Shown here one piece after another: positions 1-9,912 of a stretch of 64,000 bases of DNA; the first letter of the stretch is position 1; each line of letters begins with the position of its first letter. The stretch comes from Candidatus Sulfomarinibacteraceae bacterium (GTDB lineage: Bacteria > Acidobacteriota > Thermoanaerobaculia > Thermoanaerobaculales > Sulfomarinibacteraceae): the NCBI GenBank assembly GCA_963796455.1, contig CAWCLO010000005.1, forward strand, positions 96,001 through 160,000, in the 5' to 3' direction. The notes below the pieces were generated by a model. That model ran no database searches and was not told the origin of the DNA. It saw only the letters and a list, made by a program, of their open reading frames with translations. The translations under genes were made by a program, and so were the position numbers.

Positions 1-652
1 GGACTTCAGAGGATCCGGTGCCTCCGGGGCCCGATCCGCCACCTACCGAACCGGCAGAATCGCCGCCCTGTTCTCCGCTGGTCCCCGATCCGCCTTCCGC
101 GGCACTGTCGCTTTGGTCGGATGATGACCCGGGTCCCGATGCGGACGAAGATGAGCCACCGGGTGGGGGTCCTCCGACCCCTCCGCGGGCCGCTGCCTCG
201 GCGGCGAGGCGCTGCAGCTCTTCACGCATTTTCTGGTCGAATTCAGCGGTCGAGGAACCGAGCTGGTCTTCGAGGGCCGAGGTTGCTTCGTCGCTGGAAT
301 CTGCGCCGCCGGGAGGTCTCTCGCCGCCGCTTTGACCACCCTGCATACCCGCCCCGCCCCCGGGCGAAGCCTCTTGACCCGATTCGCCGTCTCCGGCACC
401 TTCAGATCCGCCGCCGGTCGATGCGGCTCCCTCGGCACCGGTTTCACCGCCGCCGCCCTCTCCGCCGCCGGTCTGACCGCCTCCGGCGGCGGAAGATCCC
501 TGGCCGGCTGATTCAGCGCTTGCCCCGGGCATTTCTTCGGGTGTTTCGGGAGGTGCTTGCTGGTTGTTGGAACCACTCGAAGCGCACCCGAAAAGCAGGA
601 CTGCGATGAGGGTCATTCCGGCACCGAGCAGTATTTGTTCTATTGTCTTCAT
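1..652 (-). CDS. Gly/Ser-rich lipoprotein, partial (runs off left edge)
   Basis: Manual translation from ATG 652 (GAGAG upstream): MKTIEQILLGAGMTLIAVLLFGC (lipobox), then a long G/S/E/A low-complexity open frame to position 1; not in the ORF track because there is no stop in the window. Confidence 0.75.
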   Translation of the reverse strand, partial: MKTIEQILLGAGMTLIAVLLFGCASSGSNNQQAPPETPEEMPGASAESAGQGSSAAGGGQTGGGEGGGGETGAEGAASTGGGSEGAGDGESGQEASPGGGAGMQGGQSGGERPPGGADSSDEATSALEDQLGSSTAEFDQKMREELQRLAAEAAARGGVGGPPPGGSSSSASGPGSSSDQSDSAAEGGSGTSGEQGGDSAGSVGGGSGPGGTGSSEV

Positions 653-855
653 TGTTCGTACTCTCTCAATCACATCAACGTTCCCGGAAGGGAAAACGGA
701 GTTGACACAGGAACGCATTCCGAACTCTAACATGCACATCCTGTGCCGAAGCCGGGTGGACATATTTTCGGAGTTGTGACTGATCAACGCGTGTTACAAT
801 TTGCAGCCGCTTTCCCCGCCGTCCGAGCGGGGCGAGATCGTGCCCGGAGGTTTGT

Positions 856-1374
856 ATGAGGGGCTTTTCGCGGTTGTCTGCGTTTGTGGTCATGGTGCTG
901 CTGGTAGCGCCGGCCGTGGCCGGCCAGGTGGGTTTTCTGGACGCCGAGCGGGCGGTCTTTTCGGTCGACGAAGGCAAACGGCAGCAGGCGGCGCTCGAAG
1001 AATGGGCAAAGACCCGGACGGAAGAGTTGCAGCGGATGCAGTCCGAAGTCGCGGAGCTCACGAATCAGCTCAACCGACAGCGTGCGGTGGCCGCACCCGA
1101 CGCGCTTTCAGAACTCGAGAACCGGGCCCGGCAGGCCAACAGGGCTCTCGAGGATGCCGATCGGAATTTCAAACGCGAAGTCGAGAGCAAACAAAGAGAA
1201 TTGCTCGCAGAGGTGGCCGCGAGAGTGCGCAGCGTGGCCGGCGAGTATGCCCTTGAAAACGACTTCGATGCGGTCTTCCTGATCGACGCCCAACCTCTCG
1301 TCTATATGAAGGAAACAGCCGACCTGACCGAAACGGTGATCCGGATCTATAACGAAAAATACCCGGTGAACTGA
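856..1374 (+). CDS. skp: OmpH/Skp family periplasmic chaperone
   Basis: Signal peptide, VGFLD start motif, long coiled coil, C-terminal DLTETVI; GGAGG RBS. Confidence 0.8.
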   Translation: MRGFSRLSAFVVMVLLVAPAVAGQVGFLDAERAVFSVDEGKRQQAALEEWAKTRTEELQRMQSEVAELTNQLNRQRAVAAPDALSELENRARQANRALEDADRNFKREVESKQRELLAEVAARVRSVAGEYALENDFDAVFLIDAQPLVYMKETADLTETVIRIYNEKYPVN

Positions 1375-1414
1375 CGCTATTGCTGCGTTTTCACGGGATA
1401 TACTCACCCGACCC

Positions 1415-4222
1415 ATGGTGAGATCATTTTCGGTCGTTGCAGCAGTTCTCGTGCTCGTCGCCGGTATTTCCATCGTCGACGCGGGCGAGAATGACCCGCA
1501 CCATGACCTGACGGTGGTCGTCGAGAGCCCGCCTACCCGGCTCGATGCCGGTGACGTGGTCTCGGTGGTCCTCGAGATCACGAACGACGGCTCGTTGTCC
1601 TGGTCGACCGACGACGGGTTCGCCCTGGCCTATCATTGGCTCGATCTTCACGGCGAGCCGGTCGTGTGGGACGGTCGCCGGACAGCCTTGCCGAGAGTGA
1701 TGGCCGCCGGTGATTCGGTCGAAATGGAGGCGATCCTCGAAGCGCCTCCCCAAGCCGGTGAGTATTTTCTGGTCTGGGACCTTGTACACGAGCGGGTGTT
1801 GTGGGTTTCAGAGGTCGATCCGACTCCGGTCACACCAATTCCAATCTCGGTCTCGGTCCAGACGAGCCACCGCTTTTCCCTCCAGAGCGCCGACCCGCCA
1901 AGGGTGATGGTGGCCGGGTCCCAGACCGCCATGGATATCCGGCTCCGCAACGACGGCACCCGGGTGTGGCCGGAGGATGGTACCGTCAACGCCTCGTATC
2001 AGTGGTTGTCGCTCGGTGGTGACCGAGTCCCCGGGGAAGGACACGGCGTCCTCCTGGAGGGACGGCGGACCAGGTTTCAAGACACCGTCAGCCAGGGCGA
2101 ATCCGCCAGCATGAGGATCGTCATCGATTCCCCACCGAGAGGGGGGCTTTACCGCCTGCAGATCGACATGGTCGAGGAGGGGGTGTGCTGGTTTTCGGAT
2201 CGCCAGCCCGACCCGCCACCGGCGCGAACGGTCCTGGTCATCGCCAATCCGCTGACATCGCCCGGCTGGTGGGCGTTTTTGAGCCTTCTTGGTGCTGCTG
2301 CCGCAGCGGCAACCTTGCATCGCGGCGGACCTCCCGCCCTGGTCGGGATCTTTGCCGCAGGGGATGTCATCTGGTTGGTGGGCTCGTTGGTGCTCAAACA
2401 GTCCTTTGTCCTGGCCGGTGCCGTGAATAGACCAGGCGTCGAAGGGTGGCTGCTCATGGTGGCCGGTGCGGCGGCGATCGCGCTGTTGACCCGTATCTTG
2501 CCCGTCCGATTTCGCGCCTGGGGCTGTTGGCTGGCCGCAGCGGCGGCGACCCTGGTTCTCTGGGGCGATGCGGTCTATCTTCGTTTTTTTGGAGATCTTC
2601 CGGGCCCCGCCGCCCTGTCCGCCGTCGGTCAGGTGGGCCAGATCGAAGCAAGTGTCCGGAGTCTCCTGATGGCTTCCGATCTGTGGCTGTGGCTGGATCT
2701 GCTGCCGGGCATCGTTGTGGTCTTGGTTGCGAGACGGCTGCAGCTTCGATCGGGCCGGTGGTTGCATCGCGGTGTGGTGCTGGTCCTGATTGTTTTGGTC
2801 TTGCCCGGAGTCGTGACGGCGAAACGGCTCGAGGTCGAACAGGGGAGGCGCCTGCGACAGGTCTTTCGAAGGGTTCGTGTGGCCAAGAATGTGGGCATCC
2901 TGAATCTCCACGGGATTGAAATCGGGCGACAGCTCGCTGGTGTGTTTTCGCGCGCGAAGCTGAGTCCCGAGGAAGAACGGGAAATCGTCGACTGGTTCCG
3001 TGAGCGCGCACCGTTGCGTGCGGGTGTCGGACCGTGGTTCGGTGCTGCGGATGGCTTCAATCTCATCATGCTGCAGGTAGAGAGCCTGCAGGGCTTTGTC
3101 GTGGGTCTGGAGATCGAAGGCCGGGAAGTCACCCCATTCCTCAATGAATTGCGGGACCGTGCTCTGTATTTTTCTAATTTCGGTGATCAGACCCTCGATG
3201 GCCGGTCGTCGGATTCCGAGTTCAGCACCCAGGTTTCGCTGCTGCCCTCGACCGGAGGCGCGGCCGCCTTCCTCCACGACGACAATGATTTCACCGGTTT
3301 GGCGGAGGTGCTCGCTGCCGAGGGCTACGAGACCCTTTCGGCGGTGCCCTTCGATGGGAGCTTTTGGAATCGGCGAACCACCCATCGCGCCTATGGTTAT
3401 GGGAAGAGTCTGTTCACGGAGGATTTTCCTACCGGCGAAAAAGTGGGATGGGGTCTCAACGATCGCGATTTTCTGCGCTTGATGGCGAATCGTGTGGGCC
3501 GTGTCGAACAGCCGTTTGCCGCCTATCTGTTGACCCTCTCCCTGCATCATCCCTTTGATGGATTTCCGGTTCGTTTTCAGACCTTCGACGTCGGTCCGTG
3601 GGCGGGCACGCCCTTCGGGAATTTCCTTCATACGATGCATTTCTTCGATCAGGCCCTGGCCGGGTTTTTTGCCGAATTGGAGAGAGAAGGCCTTGCGGAT
3701 AAGACCGTGGTTGCCCTCTGGGGAGATCATGATGCCGGTTTCAAGTGGCGCTCGGAGATCGCCGAAGTGACGGGATTCAGCCATGACAACATCGGCTGGT
3801 ATCTGAGCCAGGAGGTTCCACTCTTCATCGTCGTTCCGGGTCGGGAAGGGGCCGGTGGCGAGCTCTTGCTTTCGACCGGCCACGTGGATGTCGCTCCGAC
3901 GCTGATCGCACTGTTGGGTATTGATCCAGCCCCCTACGCTTTTGTCGGTCGAAACCTGCTCGGAGAACCCGGTGATCAACCGATTGTCGGGGAGTTCGAT
4001 TGTTGGAGAGACTCCAGACACCTCTTCATCCGGGGCAGTGGAAATCTTGCAGACGGCAGCTGTATCGACGCCACGAATCTGAAGGTCCTTCCGGTCTCAG
4101 AGTGTGCTGCAGGCTTTGCCGTCGCCGAAAAAACGGTGGCGGTTTCAGCTGCGGTCCTGGAACACGATCTGCAACGCGAGATTCACCTCCGCTTGATTGG
4201 CGAAACGAGCCACTCAGAGTGA
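1415..4222 (+). CDS. LTA synthase/sulfatase-family membrane protein with two N-terminal Ig-like repeats
   Basis: Two NDG..W...Y.W...GRRT...DxV.E...W repeats, TM segment block, QVESLQ / GRSSDSEF / TLSLHHPF / WGDH sulfatase-superfamily motifs. Confidence 0.75.
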   Translation: MVRSFSVVAAVLVLVAGISIVDAGENDPHHDLTVVVESPPTRLDAGDVVSVVLEITNDGSLSWSTDDGFALAYHWLDLHGEPVVWDGRRTALPRVMAAGDSVEMEAILEAPPQAGEYFLVWDLVHERVLWVSEVDPTPVTPIPISVSVQTSHRFSLQSADPPRVMVAGSQTAMDIRLRNDGTRVWPEDGTVNASYQWLSLGGDRVPGEGHGVLLEGRRTRFQDTVSQGESASMRIVIDSPPRGGLYRLQIDMVEEGVCWFSDRQPDPPPARTVLVIANPLTSPGWWAFLSLLGAAAAAATLHRGGPPALVGIFAAGDVIWLVGSLVLKQSFVLAGAVNRPGVEGWLLMVAGAAAIALLTRILPVRFRAWGCWLAAAAATLVLWGDAVYLRFFGDLPGPAALSAVGQVGQIEASVRSLLMASDLWLWLDLLPGIVVVLVARRLQLRSGRWLHRGVVLVLIVLVLPGVVTAKRLEVEQGRRLRQVFRRVRVAKNVGILNLHGIEIGRQLAGVFSRAKLSPEEEREIVDWFRERAPLRAGVGPWFGAADGFNLIMLQVESLQGFVVGLEIEGREVTPFLNELRDRALYFSNFGDQTLDGRSSDSEFSTQVSLLPSTGGAAAFLHDDNDFTGLAEVLAAEGYETLSAVPFDGSFWNRRTTHRAYGYGKSLFTEDFPTGEKVGWGLNDRDFLRLMANRVGRVEQPFAAYLLTLSLHHPFDGFPVRFQTFDVGPWAGTPFGNFLHTMHFFDQALAGFFAELEREGLADKTVVALWGDHDAGFKWRSEIAEVTGFSHDNIGWYLSQEVPLFIVVPGREGAGGELLLSTGHVDVAPTLIALLGIDPAPYAFVGRNLLGEPGDQPIVGEFDCWRDSRHLFIRGSGNLADGSCIDATNLKVLPVSECAAGFAVAEKTVAVSAAVLEHDLQREIHLRLIGETSHSE

Positions 4223-4420
4223 GTCCTGAGAGTGAGCCCTTCGCTCTCGATGCGCGAGCTCGGCCCCAACGGGGCGATCAGCGATCGGCAGGAACAATTA
4301 TCAAAGTATCGTCTCGAGTGGCCGACCGGCCGGAGCGAATAATCGGTGAGAAAACCGGGTTACAGTGCATGTTAGGATGGGTCCGTCCCACCACGCTGCA
4401 ACCGCAGTAAGGAGCATCAT

Positions 4421-5476
4421 ATGAATCAGAAGGCTGACAAAGTCAAAGCGCTGGAGACGGCAATCGGGCAGATCGAACGCCAGTTCGGCAAGGGCTCGGT
4501 GATGCGTCTCGGTGACAGTCCCAGAGTGCGTATCAACACCATCCCGACCGGCTCACTGACCCTCGATGCCGCCCTCGGGATCGGCGGCGTGCCGCGTGGC
4601 CGCGTGATCGAAATCTATGGGCCCGAATCATCGGGAAAAACCACTCTCGCTCTCCACATCATCGCCAATGCTCAGAAGACCGGTGGATTGGTGGCGTTCA
4701 TCGATGCGGAACACGCTCTCGATCCGGAGTACGCGGAAAACCTCGGTGTCAATCTCGACGAGTTGCTGATCTCGCAGCCGGATTTCGGTGAGCAGGCGCT
4801 GGAGATCGCGGAAACCTTGATTCGTTCCGGGTCGGTGGATGCGATCGTCATCGATTCGGTGGCCGCCCTGGTGCCGCGGTCGGAGCTCGAAGGCGATATG
4901 GGTGACGCCCAGATGGGTTTGCAGGCCCGGTTGATGTCGCAGGCTCTTCGCAAACTTGCAGGCATCGTCTCCAAGTCGAACACGAGCCTGATCTTTATCA
5001 ACCAGGTGCGCGAGAAGATCGGTGTCATGTTCGGCAACCCGGAGACCACGACCGGCGGGCGGGCCCTCAAATTCTACTCGTCGGTGCGGATCGATATCCG
5101 CCGGACCAGCGCCATCAAACAGGGCGACAAGGTGGTCGGAAATCGCACCAAGGCGAAGGTCGCGAAGAACAAGGTTGCCGCACCCTTCAAGGTGGCCGAA
5201 TTCGATATTCTCTACGGTGAGGGCATCTCTCTGACCGGCGAACTGCTCGATCTCGGGGTCGAGTACCGGATGGTCCAGAAATCTGGTTCCTGGTACTCCT
5301 ATGGCGAAACCCGGATCGGTCAGGGAAGGGAAGCGGCGCGCACCTTCCTCAAAGAAAATCCGGAAATCGCCGACGGAATCGAAATCAAGCTTCGCCAGGA
5401 ACTGGGTCTTTTGCCCGGAGCCGAGGTTGAAGAGGTTGCCGAGGAATCGGCGGACGCCGCGGAGAAATCGGAATAG
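4421..5476 (+). CDS. recA: Recombinase RecA
   Basis: [40 protein letters not shown]. Confidence 0.99.
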   Translation: MNQKADKVKALETAIGQIERQFGKGSVMRLGDSPRVRINTIPTGSLTLDAALGIGGVPRGRVIEIYGPESSGKTTLALHIIANAQKTGGLVAFIDAEHALDPEYAENLGVNLDELLISQPDFGEQALEIAETLIRSGSVDAIVIDSVAALVPRSELEGDMGDAQMGLQARLMSQALRKLAGIVSKSNTSLIFINQVREKIGVMFGNPETTTGGRALKFYSSVRIDIRRTSAIKQGDKVVGNRTKAKVAKNKVAAPFKVAEFDILYGEGISLTGELLDLGVEYRMVQKSGSWYSYGETRIGQGREAARTFLKENPEIADGIEIKLRQELGLLPGAEVEEVAEESADAAEKSE

Positions 5477-5538
5477 GCACCGGTCTTTTTCGGGTCGTTG
5501 CCTCTGACCGGCTGATACAATCTCAAGAGGAGAAATGA

Positions 5539-6675
5539 ATGAGGATGAGACTCCGTCAAAAAACCGCCTGTGTTTTTGCACTGACGATGCTGCTGACCGT
5601 CGGCATTGGCGCCCAGGGTCAGACGCAAGTCGAGCCCGATGACACGACCTTGCGATGGGTGCAGCGCGCCGTTGCGTGGTATCCCGACTCGACCTTCGAA
5701 TTGATCGAGAACAAACGTTTTCAGACCACCGCAGGCTCCTATCGCCTGGTGCGCATCGATCGAAAATGTGCCAGCCAAATGCTCAGCGGTCAGCCGTCGG
5801 CATTGGTGGACGAGGTCACCAACTCGGTGTGGCTGGGGTCGGTCGGCGAATTGCCCGTGGTGCGGGCGGGTGCGAGCACTGATGAGATCAAAACCTTTGT
5901 CGCGGGCTTTCTTCCGGAAGCTCTCAGCGCATCGATGGGTCTCAAGGCGAAGGTGGTCTGGGATGTCGGTCCGCGTCGTCCGGGAGCGTTGATTCCCATG
6001 GATTTGATGGTCCAGACCGGGTATGGAGAATACCGTCGCCCGGCCGCTGTGACCGCCGATGGAAAATACCTGGTGATGGCGACCGAGATGTCTCGCGACG
6101 AAGACCCGGTTGCGGCTCGCAAGCGCCGCTTCGCCAACAGCAAATACGTCATCTGGGATACCGAAAAGAAAGGCGATTCCAAGGTCGAAATCGTCGAGTT
6201 CTCGGACCTCGAGTGCCCGGCCTGCAAGAGCAAGTGGCCGCTGGTCGAGGAGGTTCTGGCCAAGAACTCCGCGACTGTTCGCCACGGCATGGTCAGTTTT
6301 CCGTTGACGATGATCCATCCGTGGGCGTTTCGCGCCGCCAGCGCCTCGTGGTGTGTCGCGCAGCAAAACCCCCAGTCGCTGATTCCATTCAAGGAGACCT
6401 TCTACTCGCTGCAGCGCGAGATGGAGGTTTCGCTGGTAACGGAAACCTCGGTCGATTTTGTGGCCGGTCAGGGTCTCGACGAAAGCGCTTTTCGCGGATG
6501 TTATCTGCGTGAAAGTTCCCTGGAGGCGGTTCACAAACAAATGGGTCTGGGTCAATTGATGGGTGTTCGCGCCACGCCGACATACTTTGTCAACGGCTGG
6601 CAGATCCAGGTCCCCGATGCGAGCTGGTTTCCGGCGTTTGTTGCCGACCTCGCAGCGGGCAAGGAGCCCAAGTAG
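5539..6675 (+). CDS. Exported DsbA/thioredoxin-fold protein
   Basis: Signal peptide; VEFSDLECPAC and GVRATPTYFVNG motifs. Confidence 0.8.
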   Translation: MRMRLRQKTACVFALTMLLTVGIGAQGQTQVEPDDTTLRWVQRAVAWYPDSTFELIENKRFQTTAGSYRLVRIDRKCASQMLSGQPSALVDEVTNSVWLGSVGELPVVRAGASTDEIKTFVAGFLPEALSASMGLKAKVVWDVGPRRPGALIPMDLMVQTGYGEYRRPAAVTADGKYLVMATEMSRDEDPVAARKRRFANSKYVIWDTEKKGDSKVEIVEFSDLECPACKSKWPLVEEVLAKNSATVRHGMVSFPLTMIHPWAFRAASASWCVAQQNPQSLIPFKETFYSLQREMEVSLVTETSVDFVAGQGLDESAFRGCYLRESSLEAVHKQMGLGQLMGVRATPTYFVNGWQIQVPDASWFPAFVADLAAGKEPK

Positions 6676-6869
6676 GCAGGGTTTGGAATAAGGAATTAGG
6701 AAGTTCATCGCACTCGAAGCCATCACAAACCGCAGAACGCGCAGATGAGCGCGGATAGAAGACCGCTTTCGCTTTCTACCTAGCCTGCTGCAAGAACCGG
6801 ATTTGCAGAGGGGTTGCCGGTCGCAAAATCCATGAGGCGGGATCACTCGTGCCCAAGTGCGAGTTTCGG

Positions 6870-6979
6870 ACAGCGATCAGGGACGGCGGCAGCGATCAGC
6901 GTCAGAGACAGGGAACAGCGATTAGTGTTCAGCGTCAGCGTCAGCGAACAGCGGCCGGGACAGCGACAGCGAACAGCGC
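6870..6979. repeat. Degenerate CAGCGN(N) repeat array, left arm
   Basis: cagcgatcag..cagcgtcagcgtcagcgaacagcg..cagcgacagcgaacagcg directly downstream of the four-helix-bundle stop. Confidence 0.7.
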
Positions 6980-7333
6980 TCACTTCGTCGGGTTCAACAA
7001 CCGCCAGGTCATGGCACGGACCTGATCGAAGGCCTTCATCGCTTCACCGGCTCCATTCCGGTTGACCGCCCCAGCGTGGGCGAGGAGCTTCAAGTGGCTG
7101 TCGACCTCTTTCGCCGAGGCGTAGGCGATTCTCCAGTGATTCGACCGGTCTCTACCGACTCGGCCGTGCCCTTCTGCCAGATTCGCAGGGACCGAACTTG
7201 CCGACCGGATCACCTGGTCGGCTATGGATTTCAGCGGAGCTGGAACCCTCATCACGAGTTTGATCGCGATTCCTGCTGCTTCGAGGGCTTTCGAGTGGGC
7301 AACGAGGTTGGTGTTCGTGGCGGCGTTGGACAT
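6980..7333 (-). CDS. Four helix bundle protein (23S rRNA IVP/TIGR02436-like)
   Basis: DQVIRSASSVPANLAEG and IAYASAKEV motifs; ATG 7333 preceded by GGAGG. Confidence 0.85.
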   Translation of the reverse strand: MSNAATNTNLVAHSKALEAAGIAIKLVMRVPAPLKSIADQVIRSASSVPANLAEGHGRVGRDRSNHWRIAYASAKEVDSHLKLLAHAGAVNRNGAGEAMKAFDQVRAMTWRLLNPTK

Positions 7334-7470
7334 GGTCACCTCCGGGTCGTTCATGCCCATTCCCACAAGCCGGTGTGGCGGCCGATGTCAAGGATGCCCT
7401 GCACCCTGCCTGTCCTTGACATCGGTCGCCCACCGGCTACCCCTTCTTTGGAACGACCCGGAGGTGGCCA
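7333..7470 (-). promoter_or_regulatory. Long nested hairpin in the 5' leader of the four-helix-bundle gene
   Basis: 7333-7352 vs 7451-7470 are 19/20 inverted; ~7368-7394 vs 7413-7438 form a near-perfect inner stem. Confidence 0.7.
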
Positions 7471-7491
7471 CTTCGCCACATGAACTCCAGA

Positions 7492-7616
7492 CTGCTGCCG
7501 CTGCCGCTGCCGCTGATCACTGATCACTGATCACTGATCACTGATCACTGATCACTGACCGCTGTCCTCTGTCGCTGTTGCCTGTCGCTGACGCTGGACA
7601 CTGTCGCTGCCGCTGC
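7492..7616. repeat. (CTGCCG)3-(CTGATCA)6 plus degenerate CGCTG array, right arm
   Basis: Six perfect CTGATCA units at 7513-7554; unit orientation is inverse to the 6870-6979 array. Confidence 0.85.
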
Positions 7617-7824
7617 AATTCGGGATCGGGATCGGGCACGGGCAACCGCTAACCAGATATGCCGAAACCAACCCGTAACCAACGTGTTTTCACGTTGGAA
7701 TCTTCACGTACCGATCTGTTTTGAACAGCAGTGATCCTGCATCCTGCGCCAGTATTCGCTCGAAACTGCAATCTACGTTACCTTTTCTGAAGCTCCGGCC
7801 AATGACTGGGCACTGGAGCTGGCC

Positions 7825-8568
7825 ATGTCGAAGACCGATATTGCAGTGATGAAGCACATGAATACTGAACACGAGCACGCGACCTGGAAGAAGTGGCGCA
7901 AGCTGGCTCTCGGGCTGGTTGCGGTTGCGGTTGGGTTGTTTGCGGCGTGGCGTTTTGGTGTCTTCGATCTCCTGACGGTCGAGAACATCGATCGCCTCGA
8001 CGGGTGGTTCGAGAGTCTCGGGTGGTGGGCGCCGCTCGCGTTCATCCTTCTCTGGATCGTGGCGGCGGTGTTCTTTCTGCCGGGATTGGTGATCACCATT
8101 GCGGGCGGCCTGATTTTCGGCGCGGTCTGGGGCACGGTGTGGACGACGATCGGCGCGAATCTCGGGGCCATCGCGGCCTTCCTGATCGGCCGCTACGCCG
8201 CGCGCGAGATGGTCGAGGCAATGGTGGAGAAAAACGCGACGCTCAAGAAGATCGATGAAGGCGTCGCGACCCATGGATGGCGGATGTTGTTGATCACCCG
8301 GTTGGTGCCGATCTTTCCTTTCAATATTCAGAATTATGTCTACGGTCTGACCGACATACCTTTGAAGACCTTTGTCCTTGTCACATTGCCTGCAATGCTG
8401 CCGGCCACCATTGCCTTCAATTTCGCGGCCGGTTCCGTTCGGACCGGCGATTTCGGAAAATCCCTGTGGTACCTCGGGATTGCGGCGGTGTCTTTTGTCC
8501 TGCTCTCGCTGATCCCGGGATGGGTGCGGCGGCGTTTCGGAAGCGGCGACCTTCCGGGCGAAGGTTGA
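7825..8568 (+). CDS. TVP38/TMEM64 (DedA/VTT) family membrane protein
   Basis: FFLPG..ITIAGGLIFG, RLVPIFPFNIQNYVYGLT; true start may be ATG 7858. Confidence 0.9.
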   Translation: MSKTDIAVMKHMNTEHEHATWKKWRKLALGLVAVAVGLFAAWRFGVFDLLTVENIDRLDGWFESLGWWAPLAFILLWIVAAVFFLPGLVITIAGGLIFGAVWGTVWTTIGANLGAIAAFLIGRYAAREMVEAMVEKNATLKKIDEGVATHGWRMLLITRLVPIFPFNIQNYVYGLTDIPLKTFVLVTLPAMLPATIAFNFAAGSVRTGDFGKSLWYLGIAAVSFVLLSLIPGWVRRRFGSGDLPGEG

Positions 8569-8958
8569 GATCCTCTTTTGTTACCGATTCGTAACTGTGC
8601 TGTCGTGCTCAGAAGACGGTAGCGCGATCTCGTGGAACGATTGCGACCGGCAGGGGTGATCACCTTCGGTCGGATCTCCTGTGCTTTGGTGACTTCGCTC
8701 GGATCCCCACGGTGCAAACCAGGATTGGCAGTGGTTGATATCCGAGCAGTTCACTAGGGAATAAATATTGCGAATTTCGTGCCCGAATGGAGAGCGCTGA
8801 AGGCTTCCAGCGAATTCGATCGGGATGCGTTTTTGTGCGGTTCCCGCGAGCTCGGTGTGTTGATCGGCGCGGAATTTCGAAGCTTTCAAACATGTCCATT
8901 TGCGAGATTGTGCAACCATCACAATATGCAAAAATGGTTATATAATTCATTTTGAGGA

Positions 8959-9912
8959 GTGATATTGATGACTACTCTTATTTACGTCATCGCGTACCTC
9001 GGCATTGTTTTCTTTCTCATCGCTGTCGTCGCCCGATTCGTGATGTGGTCGAAGATGCCGATGCATCTCAGATGGGAGCTCTACCCCGTCGCTCATGAGG
9101 GTGGAGGGCGCGCGGCCTATGGCGGTTCCTATCTCGAGGAGAGCGATTGGTGGACCAAAAAGCGCGAGGTCTCCATGCTCGGAGAGCTCAAGGTCATGGT
9201 GCCGGAGATTCTCTTCCTGGTCGCCCTCCGAGAGCACAATTCCAAGCTCTGGAAATGGTCCTTCCCGTTCCATTTTGGGCTCTATCTGGTCGCCGCTGCC
9301 ACGATCATGATGATCGTCGGAGGGATCGCGGGTGCGCTCCTTCCGGCTGCGGTCGCCGGCCCGACGAATACCATCTTTTCGGCAGTCGTTCCCTTCTTGG
9401 GCGGTGCCGGCCTGATCCTCGGCATCATCGGTGCAGTCGGTCTCTTTGCCCGTCGCCGCGGTCGTTCATTGAAGGACTATACGGCGCCTGCGGATCTCTT
9501 CAACCTGTTGTTTTTCATCGTGGCCTTTGGCATCGCGCTCATCCTCTTCATTGGATTTGATCGCGATTTTTCGATGGTCTCGGCCTTTGTCGCCAACCTG
9601 GTGGCATTCAAGTTCGCGCCCCTGGCCATCGGCGGCACCGGAGCGCTGTTGCTCCTGTTGTCGGTCGTGCTGCTATCGCTCCTGGTGGCGTATATCCCGA
9701 CCACCCACATGTCGCACTTTGTAGGCAAGTACTTTGCCTATCACTCGATTCGTTGGAAGGATGACCCGAATCTCGCCGGTGGCGATGAAGAGGTCGTCAT
9801 CGAAGAACTGCTCAATCGACCGATTTCGTGGTCTGCCCACCACATCGGCGGTGACGGAAAGAAGACCTGGCTCGAGGCAGCGACCGAAGAGCCGGAGGTG
9901 AAAACCAAATGA
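8959..9912 (+). CDS. NarI/DsrM-like cytochrome b membrane subunit (paralogue)
   Basis: PMHLRWELYPVAHE, FPFHFGLY, PTTHMSHF; multiple TM helices; ATGA overlap with the next gene. Confidence 0.8.
   Translation: MILMTTLIYVIAYLGIVFFLIAVVARFVMWSKMPMHLRWELYPVAHEGGGRAAYGGSYLEESDWWTKKREVSMLGELKVMVPEILFLVALREHNSKLWKWSFPFHFGLYLVAAATIMMIVGGIAGALLPAAVAGPTNTIFSAVVPFLGGAGLILGIIGAVGLFARRRGRSLKDYTAPADLFNLLFFIVAFGIALILFIGFDRDFSMVSAFVANLVAFKFAPLAIGGTGALLLLLSVVLLSLLVAYIPTTHMSHFVGKYFAYHSIRWKDDPNLAGGDEEVVIEELLNRPISWSAHHIGGDGKKTWLEAATEEPEVKTK

Noticed and set aside
4230..4420. LexA/SOS box upstream of recA
   Set aside because: No motif I can match with confidence
6980..7333. Diversity-generating retroelement (Avd-like gene)
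   Set aside because: No reverse transcriptase and no TR/VR repeat pair seen in the window
8908..8924. Rex box upstream of the DsrM-like paralogue (TTGTGCAACCATCACAA)
   Set aside because: The palindrome is 17 nt, one short of Rex/Crp spacing; it may bind something, but I cannot assign it
8959..9912. Nitrate reductase gamma subunit of a nar operon
   Set aside because: No narGHJ nearby; its partner is a DsrK/HdrD-like protein
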